Assembly (NCBI GenBank): GCA_031416075.1
Contig: JANOSY010000031.1
Span: 1 to 64,000, forward strand
From: Candidatus Tenderia sp.
Lineage (GTDB): Bacteria; Pseudomonadota; Gammaproteobacteria; Tenderiales; Tenderiaceae
Reading direction: 5' to 3'
Length of the DNA: 64,000 nt
The stretch's first letter is position 1; each line of letters starts with the position of its first letter. The notes under the pieces are model-generated. The model made no database searches. It saw only the letters and a list, made by a program, of their open reading frames with translations, and was not told where the DNA came from. The translations under genes and the position numbers were made by a program. This document shows positions 20,048 through 35,233 of this stretch, piece after piece.

Positions 20048-20710
20048 ATGGTAAATAGAATGCGTCGAAAACCTACCTATATCATTTACTTCCTGCTCCT
20101 GGTCGGGCTGCCTGCAATACTCCAGGCAGAGGAGATAAAGATCGGCCAGTTTAGCGCCGGTGAGCTGGTCGGCTGGCAAGAGAAATCCTTTGCCGGCCAT
20201 ACCCAGTACCAGATTATCACCCTGCCCCAAGGCAAGGCACTGCAGGCCAAGAGCAACGGCACGGCGTCGGGGTTATTCAAAGAGGTCACCATCGATCTCA
20301 CCAAAACCCCATGGCTCAACTGGTCATGGCGCATCGACAATACCCTGAGCGGCAATAACGAACGCAACAAAAAAGGGGATGACTATCCAGCCCGAGTCTA
20401 CGTGGTTGTCTCTGGCGGCCTCTTTTTCTGGAAAACGTTAGCACTCAACTACGTCTGGTCCAACCAGCAGGCCATCAACTCCCGCTGGGACAACCCCTAC
20501 ACCAGCAACGCAAAAATGGTCGCCGTACGCTCAGGTACAACTGAGACCGGGGAATGGGTCAGCCAAAAGCAGAATGTATTAGAGGATTTGCAGAAGGCCT
20601 TTGGCAAAGAGATCACCACAATCCACGCCATCGCTGTGATGACCGACAGCGACAATACTGGCATACCCACCACCGCACTATACGGTGATATTTTTTTCAG
20701 CGACCGCTAA
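20048..20710 (+). CDS. DUF3047 domain exported protein
   Basis: 'WQEKSF.G.T.Y', 'GDDYPARVYVV', 'LNYVW', 'AVMTDSDNTG...YGDI.F'. Confidence 0.8.
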   Translation: MVNRMRRKPTYIIYFLLLVGLPAILQAEEIKIGQFSAGELVGWQEKSFAGHTQYQIITLPQGKALQAKSNGTASGLFKEVTIDLTKTPWLNWSWRIDNTLSGNNERNKKGDDYPARVYVVVSGGLFFWKTLALNYVWSNQQAINSRWDNPYTSNAKMVAVRSGTTETGEWVSQKQNVLEDLQKAFGKEITTIHAIAVMTDSDNTGIPTTALYGDIFFSDR

Positions 20711-20796
20711 ACAACCTTAAAACAGCACCGTAAGCTGAAGTTTTTAAAGATATATGGATAAAAAACAGAGGTGGAGAATAAAAAGAAGATATTGAC

Positions 20797-20873
20797 TGGT
20801 CGGAGCGGGGAGATTCGAACTCCCGACCCCCACAACCCCATTGTGGTGCGCTACCAAGCTGCGCTACGCTCCG
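20797..20873 (-). tRNA. tRNA-Pro(GGG)
   Basis: CGGAGCGTAGCGCAGCTTGGTAGCGCACCACAATGGGGTTGTGG...CTCCGACCA, 77 nt. Confidence 0.96.
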
Positions 20874-20983
20874 AAAATTTTACGCTTTAATGCAGATTTA
20901 ACACAGTCGATGAAAATTGTTTGGGGTTAATCATCGAAGGTCGGCATGATACTGAATTTAAAACCATTACACCAGCGGGAATA

Positions 20984-21340
20984 CTACTTTTTTAACAATA
21001 CCAGCAGCGCTTCAAGCTCAAGCAACATCTCTTGCACCATGGTCTGATGGTGGCTGACATCGCTCTTTGTCTCTGGCCCCGATAGCTGTTGTCTGGCACC
21101 ACCAATCGTGAACCCCTGCTCGTACAACAATCCACGTATCTGACGAATCATGATGACGTCGTGGCGCTGATAATAACGCCTATTGCCACGCCGTTTTAAC
21201 GGTTTGAGCTGTGGAAACTCCTGTTCCCAATAACGAAGAACATGGGGTTTAACCCCACACAGATCCCCTACTTCACCGATGGTAAAGTAACGTTTTGCCG
21301 GGATCTGTGGCAGTTCACTATTGTTTGCGGCTTCCAGCAT
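20984..21340 (-). CDS. MerR family transcriptional regulator (ihfA-linked)
   Basis: '[25 protein letters not shown]'; conserved ihfA-merR-tRNA-Pro arrangement. Confidence 0.92.
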   Translation of the reverse strand: MLEAANNSELPQIPAKRYFTIGEVGDLCGVKPHVLRYWEQEFPQLKPLKRRGNRRYYQRHDVIMIRQIRGLLYEQGFTIGGARQQLSGPETKSDVSHHQTMVQEMLLELEALLVLLKK

Positions 21341-21620
21341 ACGCCTCCACCCTCGCCTTCAGCTTTTGCCCAGGATGAAACGTCACCACACGCCGTGCGG
21401 TAATCGGAATCTCTTCACCCGTTTTAGGATTACGTCCTGGTCTTTCGTTTTTATCGCGCAGATTAAAGTTACCAAAACCGGATAGCTTTACCTGACGGCC
21501 ATTTTCCAAGGCCCCGCGAATCTCTTCAAAAAACATCTCGACGAGCTCCTTGGCTTCACGTTTGTTGAGTCCAAGTTCCTCAAACAGCCTTTCGGCCATC
21601 TCTGCTTTTGTTAACGCCAT
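21318..21620 (-). CDS. ihfA: Integration host factor alpha
   Basis: '[10 protein letters not shown]', 'KLSGFGNF', '[14 protein letters not shown]'. Confidence 0.97.
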   Translation of the reverse strand: MALTKAEMAERLFEELGLNKREAKELVEMFFEEIRGALENGRQVKLSGFGNFNLRDKNERPGRNPKTGEEIPITARRVVTFHPGQKLKARVEAYAGSRKQ

Positions 21621-21627
21621 GGGTTAA

Positions 21628-24006
21628 TCACTCTCTTAGCGTTGCATTAAAATCTTGTTTTAGTTGTTTTAGTACATTAGAAATGAGGCCATCCACTTCC
21701 TGATCCGTTAGAGTGCGTGAACTATCTTGAAAGGTCAAGCCCAATGCTAGGCTTTTACTACCAGATTCAATACCTTCGCCACTATAAACATCAAACAGAT
21801 TCAGTTTCAGCAGATACGGTTTTGACGCCGCAACAATACTCTGCTGCACTTGTCTGGCTGGCACACTGCTCGCTACCACCACGGCCAAATCCCGCCTGAC
21901 CGTGGGGTATTTGGAGATTTCAACAAATGCTGGCTTGGCCGCCACATCCAGTACATGAGCATCCACCTCGAACAGATAAACCGGGCCGGTTAATCCCAGC
22001 TCTTTTTCAAGGGCAGGGTGTAATTTCCCCAACCACCCTAACGGCTTGCCGTCACAACTCTTGATAGCGGCGGACTGCCCTGGATGGAGTGCCGGGTGTG
22101 CCGCTGCCACAAATTCATGGCTTGTACCACTGCCAACCAGCCCTAACAGTGCCTCCACATCGGCCTTGATGTCATAAAAGTCGACTTTACGGGCGGGTAT
22201 CCCCCACTGTTCCGCAACTAGCTCTCCGGATATCAGGCCTGAAATAATCTTCTCTTCAACAATGGCACCGCCCTGGCGTGAAAATTTAACACCAAACTCA
22301 AACAGCCTGATGCGCGCCTGCTGCCGCTTCTGATTATGCGAAAAGACCTGCAACAATCCCGGCCAGAGGGAAGTACGCATCACCGACATGTCCGCTGAGA
22401 TCGGATTGGCCAAGGAGATAGATTTAATCCCGGGGTTCACCCGCTCTTGCAGCTGCTCATCAACAAAGCTGTAGGTGATGGCCTCCTGATAACCACGATC
22501 AACCAGCAGCGTGCGGCCACGAGATTGGCTCACCTGTAGCTCTGTCGGCAGTCTAACCTCCATGGATATCGCTGGCATCTCTGTTGGCAGACGGTCATAG
22601 CCGTAAATACGACCAATCTCCTCAATCAAATCAGCCTCAATTGTGAGATCAAAGCGGAAACTGGGCGGGGTTACCAACCACTGCTCAGGCTGTTTCTGAA
22701 TCTCCATACCTAACGACAGCAATATTTTTTCAATCTGTACCGGCGATAACTCAAGCCCCAAAATACGCTCAACCCGCGCTAAACGCAGGGCAATCGGTGT
22801 CCGTTTTGGTAGGTGCTCATCAATGCTCACCTCGGTCAACGCACCAGCCTCTCCCCCCACAATCTCCAGCAACAGCTCGGTGGCACGTCGCATCGCCTTA
22901 ACCGGCAGCTCATAATCAACCCCGCGTTCAAAGCGGTGTGAGGAGTCCGTATGCAGGCCATATTGGCGGGCACACCCCATCAACCCAGAAGGTGTAAAAA
23001 AGGCACTCTCCAAAAATATCTCTGTTGTGTTGTCTGTTACCGCTGACTCATCGCCGCCCATCACACCGGCCATCGCCAACGGTTTGCGATGGTCAGCAAT
23101 GATCAATGTCTCCGGGGTCAATTCAACACTCTGGCCATCGAGTAGCTTCAGCGACTCTCCTGCCAGCGCATGCCGCACATTGATACCGCCTTCGAGTTTG
23201 CTCAGATCAAAGGCGTGCATCGGCTGTCCCAGCTCCAGCATCACATAGTTGGTCACATCCACAATGGGGCTAATACTACGGACATCACAACGACGAAGGC
23301 GCTCCTGCATCCAGTTTGGCGTCTCTGCTGTGGGGTTTACCCCTCTTATGATACGCCCCACATAACGTGGGCACGCCTCAGGGGCCGATATCACCACCGC
23401 AAACTGATCCTGATGACTTGCCACGTCCACTTTAATCTCAACAGCCTGCAATGGCAGCTGATTAATCACCGCAACCTCACGGGCAATGCCCTGGATACTG
23501 AGGCAATCGCCACGGTTGGGGGTCAAACCTATCTCAATGGTCACATCATCGAGCTGCAGGTAATCACGAATACTCATACCAGGGGTGGCATCAGCAGGCA
23601 GTATCATCAACCCATCGGCGCTCTCTGCCAAGCCAATTTCCACTGCGGAGCAGAGCATGCCAAACGACTCCACACCACGCAGTTTTGAACGTTTAATCAC
23701 CAACCCGCCAGGAAGCACGGCACCGATCATGGCCACCGGCACCTTCAGCCCATTAGCGACGTTGCTGGCGCCACAGACGATGACCAATAGCTCAGTGCCC
23801 ACATTGACCTGACAGAGACGTAGGCGATCTGCATCAGGGTGCGGCTCGACTGACATCACCTCACCAATCACCACGTTGGAAAACGGCACCGCCACCGGCT
23901 CAATCGCATCCACTTCCAAGCCACACATGGTCAGCTGATGTGACAACTGCTCGGTATTAACGGAAGGGTTTACCCACTCACGTAGCCACTGTTCGCTAAA
24001 TTTCAT
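21628..24006 (-). CDS. pheT: Phenylalanine--tRNA ligase beta subunit
   Basis: 'MKFSEQWLREWV', 'TPNRGDCLS', 'RFERGVD'. Confidence 0.97.
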   Translation of the reverse strand: MKFSEQWLREWVNPSVNTEQLSHQLTMCGLEVDAIEPVAVPFSNVVIGEVMSVEPHPDADRLRLCQVNVGTELLVIVCGASNVANGLKVPVAMIGAVLPGGLVIKRSKLRGVESFGMLCSAVEIGLAESADGLMILPADATPGMSIRDYLQLDDVTIEIGLTPNRGDCLSIQGIAREVAVINQLPLQAVEIKVDVASHQDQFAVVISAPEACPRYVGRIIRGVNPTAETPNWMQERLRRCDVRSISPIVDVTNYVMLELGQPMHAFDLSKLEGGINVRHALAGESLKLLDGQSVELTPETLIIADHRKPLAMAGVMGGDESAVTDNTTEIFLESAFFTPSGLMGCARQYGLHTDSSHRFERGVDYELPVKAMRRATELLLEIVGGEAGALTEVSIDEHLPKRTPIALRLARVERILGLELSPVQIEKILLSLGMEIQKQPEQWLVTPPSFRFDLTIEADLIEEIGRIYGYDRLPTEMPAISMEVRLPTELQVSQSRGRTLLVDRGYQEAITYSFVDEQLQERVNPGIKSISLANPISADMSVMRTSLWPGLLQVFSHNQKRQQARIRLFEFGVKFSRQGGAIVEEKIISGLISGELVAEQWGIPARKVDFYDIKADVEALLGLVGSGTSHEFVAAAHPALHPGQSAAIKSCDGKPLGWLGKLHPALEKELGLTGPVYLFEVDAHVLDVAAKPAFVEISKYPTVRRDLAVVVASSVPARQVQQSIVAASKPYLLKLNLFDVYSGEGIESGSKSLALGLTFQDSSRTLTDQEVDGLISNVLKQLKQDFNATLRE

Positions 24007-24063
24007 CGTCCAAAGCCTTATATTGAATCACACCCCACGCGACGGCGGCGGCTGTATAGTTGT

Positions 24064-25098
<1,035 letters not shown>

Positions 25099-25121
25099 TT
25101 ATTTTTAGCGGCGCTTAATAC

Positions 25122-25150
25122 AAAAAGGGGAAGGCTTTGCCTTCCCCTTT
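25122..25150 (-). terminator. Rho-independent terminator after rplT
   Basis: AAAGGGGAAGGC-AAA-GCCTTCCCCTTTTT. Confidence 0.75.
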
Positions 25151-25198
25151 CAGATACACTCAACTCACACCACCATATTTACGGTGTGATGAGAGGGA

Positions 25199-25552
25199 TT
25201 ACAGGCTCGCTTTTGCTTTATCCGCCAAAGCGCCAAAGGCAACCTTGTCGTACACTGCCAGATCGGCCAATACCTTCCGGTCAATCTCAACCGCTGCCTT
25301 CTTCAGACCATTAATCATACGGCTGTATGACAGGCCACACTCACGGGCTGCAGCGTTGATACGCGCAATCCAGAGCGCACGGAACTGACGCTTGCGTTGA
25401 CGACGGTCACGATAGGCATATTGACCTGCTTTGGTCACAGCCTGCACAGCAACACGGTAGACATTTCTACGCATGCCACGGTAGCCCTTAGCCAGCTTCA
25501 TCACCTTTTTGTGACGTGCTCTGGCAGTAACACCACGTTTAACTCTTGGCAT
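25199..25552 (-). CDS. rplT: 50S ribosomal protein L20
   Basis: '[14 protein letters not shown]', '[12 protein letters not shown]'. Confidence 0.98.
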   Translation of the reverse strand: MPRVKRGVTARARHKKVMKLAKGYRGMRRNVYRVAVQAVTKAGQYAYRDRRQRKRQFRALWIARINAAARECGLSYSRMINGLKKAAVEIDRKVLADLAVYDKVAFGALADKAKASL

Positions 25553-25573
25553 TTTTCTTTACTCCAAATCCAA

Positions 25574-25771
25574 TTAGCAATAAGGCAACAATCTGCGTAC
25601 TGATGGTTTGTCAGCGGCAGAGACCATGGCAGGGTTGCGCAGCTGACGCTTACGCTTGGTGCTCTTTTTGGTCAAAATATGTCTACGGAATCCTGAGCCA
25701 CGTTTAAAATGGCCAGAACCCGTCGCCTTAAAGCGTTTGGCAGCGCCTCTATGAGTTTTCATCTTCGGCAT
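25574..25771 (-). CDS. rpmI: 50S ribosomal protein L35
   Basis: '[15 protein letters not shown]...HILTKK'. Confidence 0.98.
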   Translation of the reverse strand: MPKMKTHRGAAKRFKATGSGHFKRGSGFRRHILTKKSTKRKRQLRNPAMVSAADKPSVRRLLPYC

Positions 25772-25818
25772 CTTCTATTTCTCCGAACTACTTTGTTAAT
25801 CAGCAGCAGTAGGTAGGT

Positions 25819-26343
25819 CTATATGACCTTTTTCTTTGGTGATAACACCATAACCATCTGCCGGCCTTCCATCTTGGGGAACTGCTCAACCTGGCCAATC
25901 TCAATAAGATCAACCTCAACACGTTTAAGCAACTTCATACCAAGTTCTTGATGGGCCATCTCACGTCCGCGAAAACGGAGTGTGATCTTGGCCTTGTCTC
26001 CTTCAGTCAGGAAACGCACCAGATTACGTAACTTAATCTGATAGTCTCCCTCCTCGGTGCCAGGGCGAAACTTCACCTCTTTCACCTGAATCTGTTTCTG
26101 TTTTTTCTTGGCTATCTGGCGCTTTTTGTTCTCTTCGAACACATATTTGCCATAATCCATAACACGGCAAACTGGCGGCACCGCCGTGGGGGAAACTTCA
26201 ACCAAGTCATGCTCAGATTCGCTGGAAAATTGCAGCGCCTGTTCAATCGTCATGACCCCCATCATATTGCCCTCAGCATCAATGACACGTACCTCGCGAG
26301 AGGTTATCTCATCATTAATCCGGACCTTTTTTTCAGCAGCGAT
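25819..26343 (-). CDS. infC: Translation initiation factor IF-3 (non-canonical AUC start)
   Basis: Frame stays open upstream of the tracked ATG to ATC at 26343, after GGAGG at the end of thrS, adding '[22 protein letters not shown]'; 'KEVKFRP', 'FRGREMAH'. Confidence 0.93.
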   Translation of the reverse strand: MAAEKKVRINDEITSREVRVIDAEGNMMGVMTIEQALQFSSESEHDLVEVSPTAVPPVCRVMDYGKYVFEENKKRQIAKKKQKQIQVKEVKFRPGTEEGDYQIKLRNLVRFLTEGDKAKITLRFRGREMAHQELGMKLLKRVEVDLIEIGQVEQFPKMEGRQMVMVLSPKKKVI

Positions 26344-26346
26344 ACT

Positions 26347-28272
26347 TTATTCCTCCAAAACGGCGCGACCATAGCGCGCGGACTCAGTGGTTAACAGGGT
26401 CAAAAGGGTATCCACATCCATAACCCCCAGATCCTCACCACTACGCGTGCGAACAGCCACTGTTCGATTTTCCACCTCCCGGTCACCCAGAACCAGGAGA
26501 TATGGTACCTTCAAAAGCGTATGTTCGCGGATTTTAAAGCCTATTTTCTCATTTCTCAAGTCCGTCTTGGCCCTGAAACCACGATCTGAGAGTGTTTTTG
26601 CTATCTCTTTAGCAAATTCCGTCTGACGATCGGTAATACTCATCACCATTGCTTGGGTAGGAGCCAACCAAAGTGGCATCGCACCTGCACAGTTTTCAAT
26701 CAGAATCCCGATGAATCGCTCCAGCGAACCCAAGATGGCGCGATGCAGCATAACAGGCACTTGGCGAGTGCTATCTTCGTCGATAAAACTGGCCCCCAAA
26801 CGCCCCGGTGTTGAGAAGTCGACCTGAATAGTACCGCACTGCCAGACCCGACCGATACAGTCCTTAAGCGAAAACTCTATCTTTGGTCCATAAAAGGCAC
26901 CTTCGCCCGGCTGCAAATCCCAAGCCAAGCCTTTATTATTCAACGCCATCTCGAGGGCTTGTTCAGCTTTATCCCAGACTTCATCTGAACCTACCCGGCT
27001 TTCCGGACGGGTGGAGAGTTTGATGATGACCTCGTTAAACCCAAAATCCGCGTACACATCATAGAGCAGATCAATAAACGTAGAGACCTCAGCCTGTACT
27101 TGTTCTTCGGTACAGAAGATGTGGGCATCATCCTGCACAAAGTTCCGTACACGCATCAAACCGTGCAATGTACCGGAGGGTTCATTGCGATGGCAGGAGC
27201 CAAACTCCGCCATACGTAGCGGCAGATCCCTGTAGCTCCTCAACCCCTGGTTGAATATCTGCACATGACACGGGCAGTTCATCGGTTTAACGGCGTAGTC
27301 CCGATTTTCTGACGATGTAGTGAACATCATATGCTGGAATTTCTCCCAGTGACCTGAACGCTCCCACAAACTACGATCCACCACCTGTGGTGTTCGCACC
27401 TCCTGATAATCGTGCTGGCGCAGCTTTTTACGGATGTACTGCTCAACTTCCTGCCAAATTTTCCAGCCGTTGTCATGCCAGAAGACCATGCCGGGAGCCT
27501 CTTCCTGGGTATGGAACAGGTCAAGCTGCTTGGCGATTTTACGATGATCGCGTTTTTCAGCCTCTTCCAGGCGGTGCAGATACTCCTTCAGGTCTTTTTT
27601 ATTGTTCCAGGCGGTGCCATACACACGCTGCAGCATCTCGTTTTTGGAGTCGCCGCGCCAGTAGGCCCCCGCCAGCTTCATCAGCTTGAATGCCTTTAGC
27701 TTGCCTGTAGAAGGCACATGCGGGCCACGACAGAGGTCCGTAAAATCACCCTGTTTGTAGAGTGATAACGCCTCGCCCTGGGGAATATCTTCGATGATCT
27801 TGGCCTTGTACTCTTCGCCAATACTGCGGAAGAATGCAACCGCTTCATCACGAACCATCACCGAGCGCTCGACTGGAATATCCTGTTTCACCAGCTCTTC
27901 CATACGTGCTTCAATGGCCGCCATGTCTTCAGGCGTAAATCCCGCCTTATAGGCAAAATCATAGTAGAAACCATTGTCAATCACCGGGCCAATGGTCACC
28001 TGGGCCGAAGGGAATAGCTGCTTAACCGCCTGGGCCAGCAGATGTGCGCTGGAGTGGCGCACCACTTCCAGCCCCTCTTCATCCCGCTCTGTAACAATGG
28101 CAAGGGCAACGTCGGACTCGATAAGATAGGAGGCGTCTACCAACACACCATCCACTTTGCCTGCCAGCGTCGCTTTGGCCAGTCCCGTACCAATATCAGC
28201 CGCCACATCATAAACAGTGAGCGATTGGTCAAAGGTGCGTTTGCTTCCATCCGGCAGAGTAACAACTGGCAT
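26347..28272 (-). CDS. thrS: Threonine--tRNA ligase
   Basis: TGS domain, '[11 protein letters not shown]', 'KPMNCP.H', '[12 protein letters not shown]'. Confidence 0.98.
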   Translation of the reverse strand: MPVVTLPDGSKRTFDQSLTVYDVAADIGTGLAKATLAGKVDGVLVDASYLIESDVALAIVTERDEEGLEVVRHSSAHLLAQAVKQLFPSAQVTIGPVIDNGFYYDFAYKAGFTPEDMAAIEARMEELVKQDIPVERSVMVRDEAVAFFRSIGEEYKAKIIEDIPQGEALSLYKQGDFTDLCRGPHVPSTGKLKAFKLMKLAGAYWRGDSKNEMLQRVYGTAWNNKKDLKEYLHRLEEAEKRDHRKIAKQLDLFHTQEEAPGMVFWHDNGWKIWQEVEQYIRKKLRQHDYQEVRTPQVVDRSLWERSGHWEKFQHMMFTTSSENRDYAVKPMNCPCHVQIFNQGLRSYRDLPLRMAEFGSCHRNEPSGTLHGLMRVRNFVQDDAHIFCTEEQVQAEVSTFIDLLYDVYADFGFNEVIIKLSTRPESRVGSDEVWDKAEQALEMALNNKGLAWDLQPGEGAFYGPKIEFSLKDCIGRVWQCGTIQVDFSTPGRLGASFIDEDSTRQVPVMLHRAILGSLERFIGILIENCAGAMPLWLAPTQAMVMSITDRQTEFAKEIAKTLSDRGFRAKTDLRNEKIGFKIREHTLLKVPYLLVLGDREVENRTVAVRTRSGEDLGVMDVDTLLTLLTTESARYGRAVLEE

Positions 28273-28308
28273 CTATCTGTATCCCATTGCAAGTATGACT
28301 GCGGTCCC

Positions 28309-28339
28309 AAAACAAAAATACCGCGTATAAACGCGGTAT
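28309..28339 (-). terminator. Terminator hairpin after tRNA-Val
   Basis: ATACCGCG-TTTATA-CGCGGTAT followed by TTTTGTTTT on the minus strand. Confidence 0.6.
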
Positions 28340-28352
28340 CTTCCCAAATTTA

Positions 28353-28429
28353 TGGTAGGCGCGATTGGACTCGAACCAACGACCCCCACCATGTCAAGGT
28401 GGTGCTCTAACCAGCTGAGCTACGCGCCT
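28353..28429 (-). tRNA. tRNA-Val(GAC)
   Basis: AGGCGCGTAGCTCAGCTGGTTAGAGCACCACCTTGACATGGTGG...GCGCCTACCA, 77 nt. Confidence 0.97.
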
Positions 28430-28443
28430 ACTAAGAAGGCGAT

Positions 28444-28471
28444 ATTATACGGCGTAAAATATTACTGTCAA
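28444..28471 (-). promoter_or_regulatory. Consensus sigma-70 promoter of tRNA-Val
   Basis: TTGACA-16nt-TATAAT, 14 nt upstream of the tRNA. Confidence 0.8.
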
Positions 28472-28700
28472 CACTCCGATAAATTGCGTTATGTCGCTAA
28501 TGTAATTACAAAAAATGACGTAAACTTAATTCCGTGACATCCGATACATGAGCCGTTAAACCAGACCCATACACATCAATTCGAGGGGTTGTTATGATAA
28601 ACGGAGATGTACCTCAAGCGTTATTCATCACTCAGCCCATGGTTGTGAGCTGTTTCTCCCCCAAAGGAGTAGCCCCCTTTCATCACATCGACATACGCTA

Positions 28701-30851
<2,151 letters not shown>

Positions 30852-30890
30852 ATGATAGGCCCGTGCCACTTAGACCCATGCCCCACCAAC

Positions 30891-30917
30891 AAAAAGCGGC
30901 CATAAAGGCCGCTTTTT
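30891..30917. terminator. Bidirectional terminator between glgX and thrC
   Basis: aaaaagcggcc-ataaa-ggccgcttttt between convergent genes. Confidence 0.8.
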
Positions 30918-30938
30918 ACAACTTAACTAGTGGCGTGA

Positions 30939-32021
30939 TTAACCAACCATGTTATCCAGTATCGCTTTTTTCACAGCCAGCATAGTCGCATCCACCGTCA
31001 TCAGTGGTGAGGTGCTCTGTTTGATTGCGGTGTCAGGATCTTTCAGACCATGCCCTGTCAGGGTGCAGACAATCTTGCTCCCTTCTGGGATCTTGCCGTT
31101 GTTGACGTCACGCATTGCACCGGCCAGTGCAGCAGCGGAAGCGGGCTCGCAGAAGATCCCCTCTTTTTCAGCCAACAGTTTCTGGGCGGCGAGGATATCT
31201 TCATCGCTACATTCATCAAACCAGCCGTTGGACTCCTTTTGGAGTTTCCAGGCCAGATCCCAGCTCTGGGGATGGCCGATACGGATGGCGGTGGCAACAG
31301 TTTCAGGATCATCCACCATGTGGCCACGGATGAACGGTGCAGAACCCGCTGCCTGGTAACCCACCATACGTGGCAGGTTGTTGACGATGCCGTGGTCGTG
31401 ATACTCCTTGTACCCCATCCAGTGGGCGGAGATGTTGCCCGCATTGCCAACCGGCAGGCAGTGGAAATCTGGTGCTGAGCCCAGCTCCTCCACGATCTCA
31501 AATGCGGCGGTTTTCTGCCCCTGCAGGCGGTATGGATTGATGGAGTTAACAATGGTCACCGGTGCCTCTTTGGCCACATCTTTCACCAGCTGCATGCCAA
31601 CATCAAAGTTACCCTTGATCTGAATAACCACCGCGCCGTGCATCATCGCCTGCGACAGTTTACCTAGGGCGATCTTCCCTTCAGGTATCAATACAAAAGC
31701 AGTGATGCCCGCACGTGCAGCGTAGGCGGCAGCGGCGGCAGAGGTATTACCAGTAGAGGCACAGATAATCGCCTTGCTGCCTTCTTCTACCGCTTTGGTC
31801 ACGGCCATACACATGCCACGATCTTTAAACGAACCGGTAGGGTTCAAACCTTCATACTTGACGTAGATCTCAACCTTTTTGCTCATCATCTTAGGGATGT
31901 TGTTCAGGCGGATTAACGGGGTATTACCCTCGCCAAGGCTGATGATGCGGGTATCATCGCTGATCGGCAGACGGTCACGATATTTTTCGATCAGTCCGGT
32001 GTAACGGGAACGGAAGGGCAT
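30939..32021 (-). CDS. thrC: Threonine synthase
   Basis: 'NPTGSFKDRGM', 'CASTGNTS', 'TGHGLKDP'. Confidence 0.96.
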   Translation of the reverse strand: MPFRSRYTGLIEKYRDRLPISDDTRIISLGEGNTPLIRLNNIPKMMSKKVEIYVKYEGLNPTGSFKDRGMCMAVTKAVEEGSKAIICASTGNTSAAAAAYAARAGITAFVLIPEGKIALGKLSQAMMHGAVVIQIKGNFDVGMQLVKDVAKEAPVTIVNSINPYRLQGQKTAAFEIVEELGSAPDFHCLPVGNAGNISAHWMGYKEYHDHGIVNNLPRMVGYQAAGSAPFIRGHMVDDPETVATAIRIGHPQSWDLAWKLQKESNGWFDECSDEDILAAQKLLAEKEGIFCEPASAAALAGAMRDVNNGKIPEGSKIVCTLTGHGLKDPDTAIKQSTSPLMTVDATMLAVKKAILDNMVG

Positions 32022-32103
32022 GTTGGACTCCTTAAGTACACTATATATATTTGGATAATTCGGTTTTACACCCCCCCACTCATGGAAGGGGTGAGGGATA
32101 GTT

Positions 32104-33420
32104 TTATTTTCCGTCTAATGTCTCAAGACGAATACGCACCACCTTGCCGGTGATGCTTGTCAGCGCCTCAATACAGCCGATGGCATCATTCATCTGCTTC
32201 TCACAAATGCGGTGAGTCAGGATGATCACGGGCACAGTGGCAACACCCTCGGCCTGCTCCTTCTGCAGGATCGCTTCGATACTGATACCGGCATCGGAGA
32301 GAATACGGGTCACATCGGCAAGCACGCCGGGTTTATCCTGTGCCTCCAGACGCAGATAGTAGGCGGTTTCAACGTCATCCATCGACAGTATTGGCAGATC
32401 AGAGAGCGCATCAGGCTGGAAGGCAAGATGGGGCACACGGTTTTCAGGGTCTGCCGTCAAGGTACGCACCACATCTACCAGATCAGCAACTACGGCTGAA
32501 GCGGTTGCCTCGGCCCCCGCGCCGGCACCGTAGTAGAGTGTTGCCCCGACGGCATCACCTTTGACGAGAACAGCGTTCATCACACCATCCACATTGGCAA
32601 TCAGACGACGTTCGGGGATCAGCGTCGGATGCACACGCAGCTCCACCCCTTTGTCCGTACGGCGTGAAATCCCCAAACTTTTAATACGATAACCCAGCTC
32701 TTCGGCGTAACTGACATCGGCGGCGGTGATATGGCTGATGCCTTCGGTATAACACTTCTCAAATTGCAGCGGAATACCAAACGCAATGGAGGAGAGAATA
32801 GTGAGTTTATGGCCGGCATCGATCCCCTCAACATCAAAGGTCGGATCCGCCTCGGCGTACCCCAGCGCCTGTGCCTCGGCCAGCACATCGGCAAAATCAC
32901 GCCCCTTGTCGCGCATCTCGGTCAGAATGAAGTTGCCGGTACCGTTGATAATGCCCGCCAGCCACTCAATCTTGTTACCCGCCAACCCTTCACGAATCGC
33001 CTTGATGATGGGAATACCACCGGCAACCGCCGCCTCAAACGCCACCATCACCCCTTTTGCATGGGCCGCCGCAAAAATCTCGTTACCATATTTGGCAATC
33101 AACGCCTTATTGGCCGTGATCACATGTTTGCCGTTATCAATGGCTCGCATCACCAGTGTATAGGCGTCACTGGTACCACCGATCAGCTCAACCACCACCT
33201 CAACATCGGGGTGATCCACCACGGCTTGGGTGTCGCTGGTCAGGGTAATGTTGCTGGCATCAAAGGCACGGGGCTTTTTAATATCTCTGGCGGTGGCAAT
33301 CACCACCTCAATGCCACGCCCTGCACGGCGCTGTATCTCATCTGCATTGCGCTGTAAAACAGTGACCGTGCCACCACCAACAGTGCCAAGCCCTAACAAT
33401 CCCACTTTTACCGGTTTCAA
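32104..33420 (-). CDS. hom: Homoserine dehydrogenase (with ACT domain)
   Basis: 'GLGTVGGG', '[11 protein letters not shown]', '[13 protein letters not shown]'. Confidence 0.96.
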   Translation of the reverse strand: MKPVKVGLLGLGTVGGGTVTVLQRNADEIQRRAGRGIEVVIATARDIKKPRAFDASNITLTSDTQAVVDHPDVEVVVELIGGTSDAYTLVMRAIDNGKHVITANKALIAKYGNEIFAAAHAKGVMVAFEAAVAGGIPIIKAIREGLAGNKIEWLAGIINGTGNFILTEMRDKGRDFADVLAEAQALGYAEADPTFDVEGIDAGHKLTILSSIAFGIPLQFEKCYTEGISHITAADVSYAEELGYRIKSLGISRRTDKGVELRVHPTLIPERRLIANVDGVMNAVLVKGDAVGATLYYGAGAGAEATASAVVADLVDVVRTLTADPENRVPHLAFQPDALSDLPILSMDDVETAYYLRLEAQDKPGVLADVTRILSDAGISIEAILQKEQAEGVATVPVIILTHRICEKQMNDAIGCIEALTSITGKVVRIRLETLDGK

Positions 33421-34643
33421 ACGTTATCTCCTAACCTTGCTTGCTCTTCTGAACTATTCTGTTTGGCATCTTTTCGGAACATGTCGCGGATGCCGCGCAC
33501 TGCCTGACGGGTGCGATGTTCATTTTCAATCAACCCAAAACGGACATGGTCATCACCATACTGACCAAACCCAATGCCCGGTGCAACCGCCACCTTGGCC
33601 TCTTTGAGCAGCTTTTTGCAAAAATCCAGCGACCCCATATGGCGATACTGTTCCGGAATCTGAATCCAGACAAACATCGTAGCCTTGGGCGGCTCAACAT
33701 GCCAACCAATGGCGTTTAAGCCGCTGCACAACACATCACGACGGGCCTGATACATGTCACAGATCTCTTTAACACACTCTTGTGGCCCCTCCAACGCGGT
33801 AATCGCCGCAATCTGAATGGGGGCAAAAGTACCATAATCAAAGTACGACTTGAGTCGCGCCAGCGCCGCCACCAGCGTCGGGTTGCCACACATAAAACCT
33901 ACCCGCCAACCGGGCATGTTGTAGCTTTTAGAGAGTGTGAAAAACTCCACCGCCACCTCTTTGGCCCCCGGCACCTGCAGAATGGAGGGGGCAACATAAC
34001 CATCAAAGACGATATCCGCATAGGCCAGGTCATGCACAACCCAGATCTGATGCTCTTTGGCGATGGCCACTACCTTTTCAAAAAACGCCAGATCAACACA
34101 CTGGGTGGTTGGATTGCCGGGAAAGTTTAGGATCAACATCTTGGGTTTGGGCCAGGAGTCCTTGATCGCCTTCTCCAGCTCATCAAAAAAACAGCCACCC
34201 GGCACCATCGGCACGTGGCGGATATCGGCACCGGCAATCACAAATCCGTACGGATGGATTGGGTAAGAGGGGTTGGGAACCAACACCGCGTCCCCCGGCC
34301 CCACAATCGCCAGGGCCAGATGGGCCAGCCCCTCTTTAGAACCAATGGTGACAATCGCCTCGGTCTCAGGGTCCAGCTCCACCTCAAACCGGCGTTTGTA
34401 CCAAGTGGCAATAGCACGCCGCAGACGAGGAATCCCCTTAGAGACCGAGTAACGATGTGTATCTTCCCGCTGCGCCGCCTCCACCAGCTTTTCGACTATA
34501 TGTTTGGGGGTCGGTTGATCGGGATTGCCCATGCCAAAGTCGATGATATCCTCACCACGGGCACGGGCCTTGGCCTTCAGATCATTGACGATATTGAATA
34601 CATAAGGCGGTAAGCGCTTAATTCTAGGAAAGTCGTCAATCAA
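33417..34643 (-). CDS. alaC: Alanine transaminase
   Basis: '[12 protein letters not shown]', '[12 protein letters not shown]'; alaC-hom-thrC synteny; start uncertain (TTG 34643 or 34667). Confidence 0.88.
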   Translation of the reverse strand: MIDDFPRIKRLPPYVFNIVNDLKAKARARGEDIIDFGMGNPDQPTPKHIVEKLVEAAQREDTHRYSVSKGIPRLRRAIATWYKRRFEVELDPETEAIVTIGSKEGLAHLALAIVGPGDAVLVPNPSYPIHPYGFVIAGADIRHVPMVPGGCFFDELEKAIKDSWPKPKMLILNFPGNPTTQCVDLAFFEKVVAIAKEHQIWVVHDLAYADIVFDGYVAPSILQVPGAKEVAVEFFTLSKSYNMPGWRVGFMCGNPTLVAALARLKSYFDYGTFAPIQIAAITALEGPQECVKEICDMYQARRDVLCSGLNAIGWHVEPPKATMFVWIQIPEQYRHMGSLDFCKKLLKEAKVAVAPGIGFGQYGDDHVRFGLIENEHRTRQAVRGIRDMFRKDAKQNSSEEQARLGDNV

Positions 34644-34690
34644 AATATGCGTTCCAGATAGTGACAAAAGGGGGTAATTCAGAGGGCGTA

Positions 34691-34719
34691 ACCTTACCGG
34701 TGCCCCCTGATGCTGTCAA
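34691..34719 (-). promoter_or_regulatory. Candidate sigma-70 promoter for alaC-hom-thrC
   Basis: TTGACA-17nt-TAAGGT. Confidence 0.45.
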
Positions 34720-34798
34720 TTATCCTACAGATTAGCCCTTGAACACAGCCCCTCTCTCAGCAACAATGTCGCCATAGCCATCAATAAAGATAAATCAG

Positions 34799-35233
34799 AT
34801 GCAAGTTAACCACGAATTCGACATCCACCTTCACCGCATCAAAAGTGTTGATGAGGGGGAGATCGTCATCACCCTCCCCTTTGAAGTGGGCACGCTGGAA
34901 GAGAATAGCGGAGAGACACTGCCCAAAAGTGTGCAGACGGAAAAGCTGAGCAGCAGCGCCATTATCATGCCCCGCCTGCTGGTGAAGGACTGGCCGCCTC
35001 AACAGGTAGCGCAACTGAGCCGAAACGATATCCAGCAACTAGCCGCCCTTAAACCTGAGCTTGTCCTCATCGGCACAGGCAAACGTCTGCAATGGCCCGA
35101 CCGCGCCCTGCTGGTACCGCTTATGGAGGCCGGCATCGGTTACGAAATCATGGATACCGCCGCCGCCTGCCGCACCTACAACATCCTCTCCTACGAAGGA
35201 CGTGTGGTCGCGGCAGCGTTAATGATGATCTGA
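34799..35233 (+). CDS. Mth938-like (DUF498) protein
   Basis: 'PELVLIGTG', 'E.MDT.AACRTYNIL..EGR.VAAAL'. Confidence 0.9.
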   Translation: MQVNHEFDIHLHRIKSVDEGEIVITLPFEVGTLEENSGETLPKSVQTEKLSSSAIIMPRLLVKDWPPQQVAQLSRNDIQQLAALKPELVLIGTGKRLQWPDRALLVPLMEAGIGYEIMDTAAACRTYNILSYEGRVVAAALMMI

